Shown: piece by piece, positions 56,770-64,000 of the stretch
Position numbering within the stretch: position 1 is the first letter of the stretch
Layout: the number at the start of each line of letters is the position of its first letter
Source: Bacilli bacterium
GTDB lineage: Bacteria; Bacillota_I; Bacilli_A; RFN20; CAG-826
Assembly: GCA_022653695.1 (NCBI GenBank)
Contig: JALCSW010000001.1
Coordinates: 237,034 to 301,033 of the forward strand
Length of the DNA stretch: 64,000 nucleotides
Direction of reading: 5' to 3'
Program-made: the position numbers and the translations under genes
The notes under the pieces: generated by a model
Told to the model about the DNA's origin: nothing
Seen by the model: the letters and a program-made list of their open reading frames with translations, nothing else
Database searches by the model: none

Positions 56770-59700
56770 TTATTCTTCGTCCTTCGACGCGGCGCTCATT
56801 GAGCCCGCGCGAACGGACAATCCTTCGTCGACGGCGCTTTCGGCGGCGTCGGCGGCGGACACTTCGACGGTGTCCGAAGCCGCCTCTTCGCGCGGCGAGG
56901 TGAGATTACGGATGGCGGAATTGACCTTCCTCTCTTCGATGAGGGCCTCCTTCGCGAGGGCGTTCATGTCGATCTGTTCGCCCTCTTTGTCGAACAGGGC
57001 GACGTTCATCGCCAAGCCCTTGAGCTCTTTGGTGAACACCTTGAAGGCCTCCGGCATACCCGGACGGGGGATCGGATAGCCCTTGATGATCGATTCGTAG
57101 GTCTTGCGGCGTCCGACGCGGTCGTCGCTCTTGATGGTGAGCATCTCCTGCAGGACGTGGGCGGCCCCGTAAGCCTCGAGGGCCCAGACTTCCATCTCGC
57201 CGAAGCGCTGGCCGCCGTTCTGGGCTTTGCCGCCGAGAGGCTGCTGCGTGACCAGGCTGTAAGGCCCCGTCGCGCGGGCATGGAGCTTGTCGTCGACCAT
57301 GTGCACGAGTTTGATCATGTATTGGACGCCGACCGAGATCCGTTCATGGAACGGTTCGCCGGTCTGGCCGTCGTAAAGGACGGTCTTGCCATCGCTGGAA
57401 AGGCCGGCTTTTCTCATAAGGTCGGAGATCTCGTCGTTGCTGACGCCGTCGAAAACCGGCGTCGCGACGCGCATGTGGAGCTTGCGGCAGGCAAGGCCCA
57501 AATGGACTTCGAGGATCTGGCCGATGTTCATACGAGAAGGGACGCCCATCGGCGAGAGCATGATGTCGATCGGGGTTCCATCGGGCAGGAAAGGCATGTC
57601 CTCGACCGGAAGGATCTTGGAAATGACGCCCTTGTTGCCGTGGCGGCCGGACATCTTGTCGCCTTCGCTGATCTTCCTCTTCTGGACGATGTAGACCCGG
57701 ACGGTCTCGATGACGCCGGGAGGGAGCGGGTCCTTGTTCCGGCGCGAGAACACCTTGACGGCGCGGACGATGCCGGCGCCGCCGTGGGGGACGCGCAAAG
57801 AGCTGTCTTTGCCATCCTTCGTCTTCTCGGCGAAGATGGCCATGAGAAGTTTTTCCTCGGGGGTCGGCTCGGTTTGGCCCTTCGGCGTGATCTTGCCGAC
57901 CAAAATGTCGCCTTCCTTGACTTCGGCGCCCGGGATGATGATGCCCCGCTCGTCGAGATAAGTCTTGGCCTCGTCCCCGACGTTGGGGATATCGCGCGTG
58001 ATCTCCTCGTTGCCGAGCTTGGTCTCGCGGCACTCCAGTTCGTATTTCTCGATGTGGATGGACGTGTAGGTGTCATCCTTCACCATGCGCTCGGACATGA
58101 TGACGGCGTCCTCGTAGTTGTAACCGTGCCACGTCATGTAGGCGACGAGGACGTTCTGGCCCAAAGCCAACTCGCCGCTCCTCATGGCCGGGCCGTCGGC
58201 GATGACCTGACCCTTCTTAATATGGTCGCCCACGCGCACGTTGGGCAACTGGTTGATGCAGGTGCCCTGGTTGGAGCGCTCGAATTTCTGAAGATGGTAC
58301 GAATGCTCGGTTTTGCCTTCCTTGGCCACGATGGTCGCGGAATCGATGTCGGTCACCTCGCCGTCGGCGGTGGCCACGACCGCCAATCCGCTGTCGCGGG
58401 CGATCGTCGGCTCGAGGCCGGTCCCGACGTAGGGGATGGACGGGCGGAGCAAAGGCAAAGCCTGACGCTGCATGTTGGCGCCCATGAGAGCGCGGGTGCT
58501 GTCGTCGTTCTCGAGGAACGGGATGCAGGCCGCGGCGATGGAGACGATCTGCTTCGGCGAGACGTCGACGTAATCGACCTTTTCCTTCGGGGCGAGGGTG
58601 TTCTCGTCGTCGTGGCGGGTGACGACCTCGTCGTCGAGGATTTCCTTGACGACCTCGGTGTCGCCCGAGCCGAAATCGATCTTCTCGGGGGCGCCCAAAC
58701 GGATGTTCGCCTCGGCGATGTAGTGCCCGCGCTCGGCGTCGGCGCTGAGGTATTCGGTCTCGTCGCTGACGTAGAAACGCTTGACGCCCTTCGCGTCGAT
58801 TTTCTCGCGGATCGTGCGGTATGGGGTCTCGATGAAGCCGTACCGGTTGATCTTGGCGTAGGTCGAAAGGTTGTTGATAAGGCCGATGTTCTGACCCTCA
58901 GGGGTCTCGATCGGGCAAATGCGGCCATAATGGGTGTAATGGACGTCGCGCACCTCCATGGAAGCGCGGTCGCGGGTCAGGCCGCCGGGGCCCAAGGCGC
59001 TGATGCGGCGCTTGTTGGTGAGTTCGGCGAGCGGGTTGGTCTGGTCCATGAATTGCGAAAGCTGGCTCGAGGCGAAGAACTCGCGGATCGAGGAAGTAAG
59101 CGGGCGGATGTTGATAAGCGACTGGGGCTTGGAATTCTCAAGGTCGGTGATCGACATCTTCTGCTGGACGGTCTTGGCCATCTTGGTGAGGCCGATGCGG
59201 AACTGGGTCTGGAGAAGCTCCCCGACGCAGCGGACGCGGCGGTTGCCGAGGTGGTCGATGTCGTCGGTCTGGCCGATGCCGTCCTGGATATTGCAGAAAT
59301 AGGAGAAGCAGGCGACCATGTCGGAGACGGTCACGCGCGAAAGCTTGCAGTTGAGGTCGGTGCCGATTATGGAGACGACGCGGCCGTTCGGCTTGTCGTT
59401 CGCGTAGACCTTCACGACGTTGACGGCCGAGTGGTCGTCAAGGGCGGCGTTGGCCTTGAGTTTCTTGGTATGCGCCCCTTTCTCGAAGAACTCCTCATCG
59501 CGGAGTTTCTGAACGTCGTCCTTGGTGAGTTTGGCGCCTTTGAGGTAGGCGATTTCCCCATCCGCGGAGACGAGGTTCTCGGCGAGCACGCGGCCGATCA
59601 AACGATCGTAGATGCCAAGTTTCTGGGCATATTTGAAGCGGCCGGCGCGGCCCAAGTCGTAACGCTTGTCGTCGAAGAATTTCTGAACGAGGAAATTCAC

Positions 59701-60477
59701 GACGCCGTCCTTGGTGATCGGCTCGCCCGGCTTCAGTTTCCGGAAGATGTCGATGAGGGCGTCGGTGCCGGACTTGATGTTCGAGTCCTTGGCGAGGGTG
59801 AGCTTCATGGAATCGCTGTTGCCGAAAAGGTCGGTGATGCTCTTCTCGCTTTCGAAGCCCAACGCTTTGAAAAGGATGGTCGCGGGCATCTTGCGCTGCC
59901 GGTCGATGCGGACCCACATGATTTGTTTCAAATCGCTTTCGAACTGGAGCCACGTGCCGCGCGTCGGGATGATCTCGCCGTTATAGACGTGGACGCCGCT
60001 CTTGTCCGGGGTGTCCTGGAAATAGGCGCCCGGCGAACGGACGATCTGGCTGACGATGACGCGCTCGGCGCCATTGACGATGAAAGTGCCGCTGTCGGTC
60101 ATCATCGGGATGTCGCCCATGAAGACCTCGTTGTCCTCCTTGATCTCGCCGGTGGACTTGAAGCGGAGGCGAAGGGTGACCTTGAGCTTGCTGCTGTAGG
60201 TCAGGTCGCCTTCCCGGCAGTCGAGGGGGCCGTATTCCGGCTTCTCGAAGCGGCAGCCGACGTATTCGATGAACACGCTGTTAGCGTAGTTGGCGATCGG
60301 GAAGACCTCCTTCATGACCTCGTTGATTCCCTCGGTCAGGAACCATTTGAAGGAATCGGTCTGGATTTCCACGAGGTTGGGAAGAGCGAGCGAGCCGCTG
60401 ATTTTCGAGAAATCGATGCGGCCGTTGACGCCGGACTTGTAATTCTTGTAGGCGGTGATTTGTTTTTCGTTAGGCAT
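56770..60477 (-). CDS. rpoB: DNA-directed RNA polymerase subunit beta, 1235 aa
   Basis: Conserved blocks (e.g. [30 protein letters not shown]), immediately upstream of rpoC. Confidence 0.97.
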   Translation of the reverse strand: MPNEKQITAYKNYKSGVNGRIDFSKISGSLALPNLVEIQTDSFKWFLTEGINEVMKEVFPIANYANSVFIEYVGCRFEKPEYGPLDCREGDLTYSSKLKVTLRLRFKSTGEIKEDNEVFMGDIPMMTDSGTFIVNGAERVIVSQIVRSPGAYFQDTPDKSGVHVYNGEIIPTRGTWLQFESDLKQIMWVRIDRQRKMPATILFKALGFESEKSITDLFGNSDSMKLTLAKDSNIKSGTDALIDIFRKLKPGEPITKDGVVNFLVQKFFDDKRYDLGRAGRFKYAQKLGIYDRLIGRVLAENLVSADGEIAYLKGAKLTKDDVQKLRDEEFFEKGAHTKKLKANAALDDHSAVNVVKVYANDKPNGRVVSIIGTDLNCKLSRVTVSDMVACFSYFCNIQDGIGQTDDIDHLGNRRVRCVGELLQTQFRIGLTKMAKTVQQKMSITDLENSKPQSLINIRPLTSSIREFFASSQLSQFMDQTNPLAELTNKRRISALGPGGLTRDRASMEVRDVHYTHYGRICPIETPEGQNIGLINNLSTYAKINRYGFIETPYRTIREKIDAKGVKRFYVSDETEYLSADAERGHYIAEANIRLGAPEKIDFGSGDTEVVKEILDDEVVTRHDDENTLAPKEKVDYVDVSPKQIVSIAAACIPFLENDDSTRALMGANMQRQALPLLRPSIPYVGTGLEPTIARDSGLAVVATADGEVTDIDSATIVAKEGKTEHSYHLQKFERSNQGTCINQLPNVRVGDHIKKGQVIADGPAMRSGELALGQNVLVAYMTWHGYNYEDAVIMSERMVKDDTYTSIHIEKYELECRETKLGNEEITRDIPNVGDEAKTYLDERGIIIPGAEVKEGDILVGKITPKGQTEPTPEEKLLMAIFAEKTKDGKDSSLRVPHGGAGIVRAVKVFSRRNKDPLPPGVIETVRVYIVQKRKISEGDKMSGRHGNKGVISKILPVEDMPFLPDGTPIDIMLSPMGVPSRMNIGQILEVHLGLACRKLHMRVATPVFDGVSNDEISDLMRKAGLSSDGKTVLYDGQTGEPFHERISVGVQYMIKLVHMVDDKLHARATGPYSLVTQQPLGGKAQNGGQRFGEMEVWALEAYGAAHVLQEMLTIKSDDRVGRRKTYESIIKGYPIPRPGMPEAFKVFTKELKGLAMNVALFDKEGEQIDMNALAKEALIEERKVNSAIRNLTSPREEAASDTVEVSAADAAESAVDEGLSVRAGSMSAASKDEE

Positions 60478-60488
60478 GAAGATGCTCC

Positions 60489-61085
60489 TTATTTTGTGGC
60501 GGCGATGAGGCGATAGCCTTTGTGCGAGTCGAGAATCTCGACTTTGCTGAAGATGGTGGCGAGATGGGCGCAGACGGAATCGGCGCCCTGCTTGCGGCGA
60601 ACCACGACGATGAGGCGTCCTCCCGCGACCAAGTGGGAGGGGGCTCCGTCATAGAAGGCGTAAGTGACTTTCTTGCCCGCGCGAATCGGCGGGTTGGAGA
60701 CTATCGTGTCAAAAGTGGAGTCAATGTTGGCGTAGCAATCGCTTTCGACGATCTCGACTTGCGGGAAAATGCCAAGATTGGTGGCGTTCTTTTTAGCGCA
60801 TTCGAGGGCCCGCAGATTCACGTCGCACATAGTGAGACGCCGTTTGGGGTCGGCTTTGGCAAGGATTAGTCCGATTGGTCCCGTGCCGCAACCAAGGTCC
60901 AGGATTTTGTTCCCTAAGGGGGCGCGATAGAGGGTTTCGAGCAAGAACTCGGTCCCTTTGTCGATGCCGCTTTTGGAGAAAGTCCCATTGAGGCCGATGA
61001 GATCGTAACGGTCTTTGCCCAGCGTGACGAAATAGTGATATTCGATCGTTTCTTTAATATCGGAATTCTCGAAATACTGGGGCAT
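60489..61085 (-). CDS. Class I SAM-dependent methyltransferase (YbxB/RsmC-like), 198 aa
   Basis: Starts MPQYFEN with AAGGGAGA upstream. SAM motif [12 protein letters not shown] and [10 protein letters not shown] (NPP motif). It occupies the same rplL-rpoB position as B. subtilis ybxB. Confidence 0.8.
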   Translation of the reverse strand: MPQYFENSDIKETIEYHYFVTLGKDRYDLIGLNGTFSKSGIDKGTEFLLETLYRAPLGNKILDLGCGTGPIGLILAKADPKRRLTMCDVNLRALECAKKNATNLGIFPQVEIVESDCYANIDSTFDTIVSNPPIRAGKKVTYAFYDGAPSHLVAGGRLIVVVRRKQGADSVCAHLATIFSKVEILDSHKGYRLIAATK

Positions 61086-61174
61086 CGCGTTATCTCCCTT
61101 ATAGACCACAAATCCCCTGCCCCACCCTAGCGACGAGAGGGGTGAGGAGGGGTTCGGATCGGCTTAAGGCGAAA

Positions 61175-61552
61175 CTACTTGACTTCGACTTCGGCGCCGA
61201 CGTCGGTAAGGGTCTTCTTGAAAGACTCGGCTTCGACGGGAGAGATTTTCTCCTTGATCGGGGCCGGGGCGGCGTCAACGAGCTTCTTGGCGTCCATGAG
61301 GCCGAGGCCAGTGATAGCCTGAACAGCTTTGATGACGGCGACTTTGCCGGCGGTGCCGAGGCCTTTGAGGATGAGCGAAACCTCGCTCGGTCCTTTGGCG
61401 ACGGGTCCTTCGTCGGCGGCGACGACGGCCACCGGGGCGGCGGCGCTCACGCCGAATTCGGTTTCAACGGCCTTCACAAGATCGTTGAGTTCAAGAATGG
61501 AATACTGCTTGAGCGAATCGATGATTTGCTCTTTGCTCAATTTCTCAGCCAT
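61175..61552 (-). CDS. rplL: 50S ribosomal protein L7/L12, 125 aa
   Basis: Canonical L7/L12 sequence ([22 protein letters not shown]...[10 protein letters not shown]...). Confidence 0.95.
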   Translation of the reverse strand: MAEKLSKEQIIDSLKQYSILELNDLVKAVETEFGVSAAAPVAVVAADEGPVAKGPSEVSLILKGLGTAGKVAVIKAVQAITGLGLMDAKKLVDAAPAPIKEKISPVEAESFKKTLTDVGAEVEVK

Positions 61553-61569
61553 GGTTTTTTCCTCCTATA

Positions 61570-62082
61570 TCATTGGGCTGCGGGGGCTGATGCGGCTCCC
61601 GGCTTTTTGGCGATGGCGTCCACCGCCGAGGCGAATTTGCGGATCGGATCGTTCAGGCATTGGCAGAACATCGACAAGAGACCTTCGCGGTTCGGCATCT
61701 TCGCGAGTTCCTTCATGCCTTTGGCGTCGACGCCCTTGCCTTCGATTAAGCCGCCTTTGATCACGAGGTTTTCGTGATAGCGGGCGAACTTCGCGACGGC
61801 GGCGGGGCCGGCGGTAAGGTCTTTGGAGAAGACGAATGCGTTCGGACCGTCGAGGATATCCTCAATGCCAGTGAGACCGGCTTCCTTGAGAGCCCGTTTG
61901 ACCATGGTGTTTTTGTACACGATCATCGCGGAACCCTTCTCGGCGAGCTTGTGACGGAGATCCGTGAGTTCGGCGACCGAGAGCCCTTGATAGGACACGA
62001 CGGCGACGGAAGCGGAGTCCTTGATGCTCTTCTCGATTTCGGAGACGGCGTCTTTTTTGGCTTGGAGAACTTCTTTGTTCAT
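61570..62082 (-). CDS. rplJ: 50S ribosomal protein L10, 170 aa
   Basis: Position upstream of rplL and L10-like sequence (VVSYQGLSVAELTDLRHKL...). Confidence 0.93.
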   Translation of the reverse strand: MNKEVLQAKKDAVSEIEKSIKDSASVAVVSYQGLSVAELTDLRHKLAEKGSAMIVYKNTMVKRALKEAGLTGIEDILDGPNAFVFSKDLTAGPAAVAKFARYHENLVIKGGLIEGKGVDAKGMKELAKMPNREGLLSMFCQCLNDPIRKFASAVDAIAKKPGAASAPAAQ

Positions 62083-62239
62083 GCTGATTGCCTCCTTTCA
62101 TGTCGACTATGTGAAGCTTTCTATAACTGAGTGAGAATCGTGAATCCTTAACCTCAGCAACGTGATTTATTAAGGCACTTGCCCGTTGCTATCTTAGGTA
62201 TAGAAGCCATTCACCTGATTTTTGCGCTATCGGATCGGA
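62083..62239 (-). promoter_or_regulatory. Possible ribosomal protein L10 leader (autoregulatory 5' UTR)
   Basis: A 157-nt non-coding spacer between rplA and rplJ, where the L10 leader lies in Bacillota. I did not verify the structure. Confidence 0.3.
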
Positions 62240-62929
62240 TCAGTTGCGGCCGTCGAAGGTGATGTGGAGACCCGGGCCCATCGTGGTGTGCACGACGGCG
62301 TTGCGGATATAAATGCCTTTGACGGAAGAGGGGCGGCTCTTGACGACCGCGGCGCATAGCGCCTTGACGTTGTCGACGATCGCGGCGTCACTGAAGGAGC
62401 AACGGGCGACGGAGACGTTCAGGTTGCCGTCCTTGTCGACGCGGTAACTGATTTTGCCCTTCTTGATTTCGGTGATGGCCTGCCCGATTTGCATCGAGAC
62501 GGTCCCGCTCTTGGGGTTAGGCATCAGGCCTTTGGGGCCTAAGACGCGGCCCATTTTCCCGAGTTCGCCCATCATGTCCGGGGTCGCGACGATGACATCG
62601 AAGCCGAACCAGTTCTCTTTCTGGATTTTCTCAAGCATGTCTTTACCGCCCACGAAGTCGGCGCCGGCGGCCTTGGCCTCTTCGGCCTTGGTCCCCGTGA
62701 TGGCGAGAATTTTCTTGGTCTTGCCGTTCCCGTGGGGAAGGACAAGGGTCCCGCGGATGAGTTGATCCGCGAGGGTCGGATTGACGTTGAGCGAGAAGCT
62801 CACGTCGATCGTGGAATCGAATTTGGTCGTGCTGGTCTTTTTGAGAAGCGGGGTGGCCTCTTCGATCGTGTAAAGCTTATTGGCGTCCACGAGTTTGGAG
62901 GCATTAGCGTATTTCTTTCCGAGTTTCAT
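62240..62929 (-). CDS. rplA: 50S ribosomal protein L1, 229 aa
   Basis: Starts MKLGKKYANASKLVD... and has canonical L1 blocks (LPHGNGKTKKILAIT, GPKGLMPNPKSGTV). Confidence 0.95.
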   Translation of the reverse strand: MKLGKKYANASKLVDANKLYTIEEATPLLKKTSTTKFDSTIDVSFSLNVNPTLADQLIRGTLVLPHGNGKTKKILAITGTKAEEAKAAGADFVGGKDMLEKIQKENWFGFDVIVATPDMMGELGKMGRVLGPKGLMPNPKSGTVSMQIGQAITEIKKGKISYRVDKDGNLNVSVARCSFSDAAIVDNVKALCAAVVKSRPSSVKGIYIRNAVVHTTMGPGLHITFDGRN

Positions 62930-62943
62930 GTTCGGTTGCCCCC

Positions 62944-63357
62944 TTACTTCCCGTTCACCGTCACGCCCATCTGACGAGCGCATCCGGCGACGATTTTCTT
63001 CGCGGCTTCGATGTCATTGGCGTTGAGGTCCGGAAGTTTGTATTTGGCGATTTCCTCAAGTTGCGCGTCGGTGATGTTCCCGACGGGCTTCTTCGGATTG
63101 CCGGAGCCTTTCTTGATTCCGGCGGCCTTGAGGATCAATCCGGCCGTGGGGCTGGTTTTGATAGCGAAGTCGTACGATTTGTCTTCGTAAGCGGTGATGA
63201 TGACAGGAACGACCTGCCCTTTTCTGTCGGCCGTCTTCGCGTTGAAGTCGGTGCAGAACTTGTTCATGACCACGCCCGCTGAGGCAAGCTTTGGTCCCGG
63301 GTGCGCTTCGCCGCCCGGAAGTTCCATTTTCAGGACTTTGACGATTTTTTTAGCCAT
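62944..63357 (-). CDS. rplK: 50S ribosomal protein L11, 137 aa
   Basis: Starts MAKKIVKVLKMELPGGEAHPGP with AAGGAGGA upstream. L11-like throughout, although the N-terminal loop is divergent. Confidence 0.9.
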   Translation of the reverse strand: MAKKIVKVLKMELPGGEAHPGPKLASAGVVMNKFCTDFNAKTADRKGQVVPVIITAYEDKSYDFAIKTSPTAGLILKAAGIKKGSGNPKKPVGNITDAQLEEIAKYKLPDLNANDIEAAKKIVAGCARQMGVTVNGK

Positions 63358-63531
63358 GTTGTCCTCCTTTTGAACAATCATGCAGTGGTAATGCGGGCCC
63401 TCGTTAAGGCCCTACCACGCTATGCACGTTTGCGTGCACGTGAAATATTATACGCGCGAGAGGGGGTTGATTCAACCATAAAATATTGTGCATGGTGCAC
63501 AAAAATCCCTCTTGGCGTCTAATATCGGCAA

Positions 63532-63678
63532 TCAGTTCTTCTTGCCCTGCCTTGGCTTATGGAAAGCTAAGAAGACGAGGACTCCGAAGAAAAGCACCAC
63601 CACCGCTAAAATCAAAGCGCACCAAAAGCCAAAGTTGCCCCAGTCCAATTCATTGACAGTGATGAGGATTTTGTTCAT
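63532..63678 (-). CDS. Small single-pass membrane peptide, 48 aa, translationally coupled to mgtA
   Basis: Not in the ORF track (below 60 aa). Hand translation gives MNKILITVNELDWGNFGFWCALILAVVVLFFGVLVFLAFHKPRQGKKN. Its ATG (63678-63676) overlaps the mgtA TGA (63677-63675) as ATGA. Confidence 0.5.
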   Translation of the reverse strand: MNKILITVNELDWGNFGFWCALILAVVVLFFGVLVFLAFHKPRQGKKN

Positions 63679-64000
63679 AAGACCTCCCCGTACTTGCGTT
63701 TATATAGATTCTTCGCAAGCGTGGCCAAAATCATGTAAGCCGCGATGGCAAGTAACAAATAGATGAAATACTCCCATGGGAGGCTCGTTAGTGAAAGCGA
63801 GCTTGAGACATAGGGTATGAACGGCAGGAGACTGGCCACTCCGACGGAGAGACAAGTGGCCAACAGCAGCTGCCACGAGGCCCTCGATTGGACGAATGGG
63901 ACCTTGTCAGTCCTGATCATGTGGATGACGAAGGACTGACTCCACATCGACTCGACGAACCAGCCTGTCTGGAAAAGCAAGACGAAGAGAGTTTGGTTGC
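63675..64000 (-). CDS. mgtA: Mg2+-transporting P-type ATPase, C-terminal end (gene continues past the window end)
   Basis: The C-terminal sequence LFQTGWFVESMWSQSFVIHMIRTDKVPFVQSRASW...LAKNLYKRKYG closely parallels the MgtA C-terminus (FLQTGWFV...LIVHMIRTRRVPFIQS...). Confidence 0.85.
   Translation of the reverse strand, partial: NQTLFVLLFQTGWFVESMWSQSFVIHMIRTDKVPFVQSRASWQLLLATCLSVGVASLLPFIPYVSSSLSLTSLPWEYFIYLLLAIAAYMILATLAKNLYKRKYGEVL

Noticed and set aside
57157-60516. Very long plus-strand ORF (1119 aa) opposite rpoB
   Set aside because: It is antisense to an unambiguous rpoB. The translation is low-complexity and rich in G, A, D, V and R, with no motifs. This is the typical shadow ORF in GC-rich coding DNA, where stop codons are depleted on the opposite strand.

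Overview
Almost everything in this window is coded on the minus strand. It looks like a core chromosome segment of a lipoprotein-rich, anaerobe-type Bacillota/Mollicutes-like bacterium. The standard genetic code applies, since conserved genes such as uvrA and mgtA end in TGA and none has an in-frame TGA. Core genes look about 55-65% GC by eye.

Gene content in coordinate order:
- The 5' part of a 23S rRNA gene and a full 16S rRNA gene (a minus-strand rrn operon, no tRNA in the spacer) with a strong upstream promoter.
- Desulfoferrodoxin, a BAX-inhibitor-1-like membrane protein, then tpiA-pgk, an inserted lipoprotein gene, and gap.
- A small XRE regulator, whiA, rapZ, trxB, an unusually long lgt, and uvrA.
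- tRNA-Pro(GGG), followed by a roughly 3.8 kb AT-rich relic island. It holds a HipA-like kinase pseudogene beside an intact HTH partner, an AAA-ATPase pseudogene and a RhuM-like pseudogene. No integrase is present.
- Glutathione peroxidase, a DUF4190-like peptide, an acyltransferase-3 protein, a glycerophosphodiester phosphodiesterase, an opine-dehydrogenase-family enzyme and pyruvate:ferredoxin oxidoreductase.
- A run of surface lipoproteins, including a Big_2 protein, and tRNA-Lys(CUU).
- A 7-gene operon joining a sugar-type ABC importer (ATPase, 2 permeases, 2 binding lipoproteins) to a staphylococcal-nuclease-like lipoprotein and an OB-fold-like lipoprotein.
- Three tandem RDD-family membrane proteins that share the same split architecture.
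- tuf, fusA, rpsG, rpsL, rpoC, rpoB, a YbxB-like methyltransferase, rplL, rplJ, rplA and rplK.
- A 48-aa membrane peptide translationally coupled to the 3' end of mgtA.

I saw no CRISPR array, transposase, integrase or complete recognisable defence system.

The most interesting candidates are the nuclease/OB-lipoprotein/ABC operon, the tripled split-RDD proteins, the decayed tRNA-Pro island, the mgtA-coupled micropeptide, and a recurring leaderless-type promoter geometry. All functional calls come from motif recognition by eye. No searches were run.
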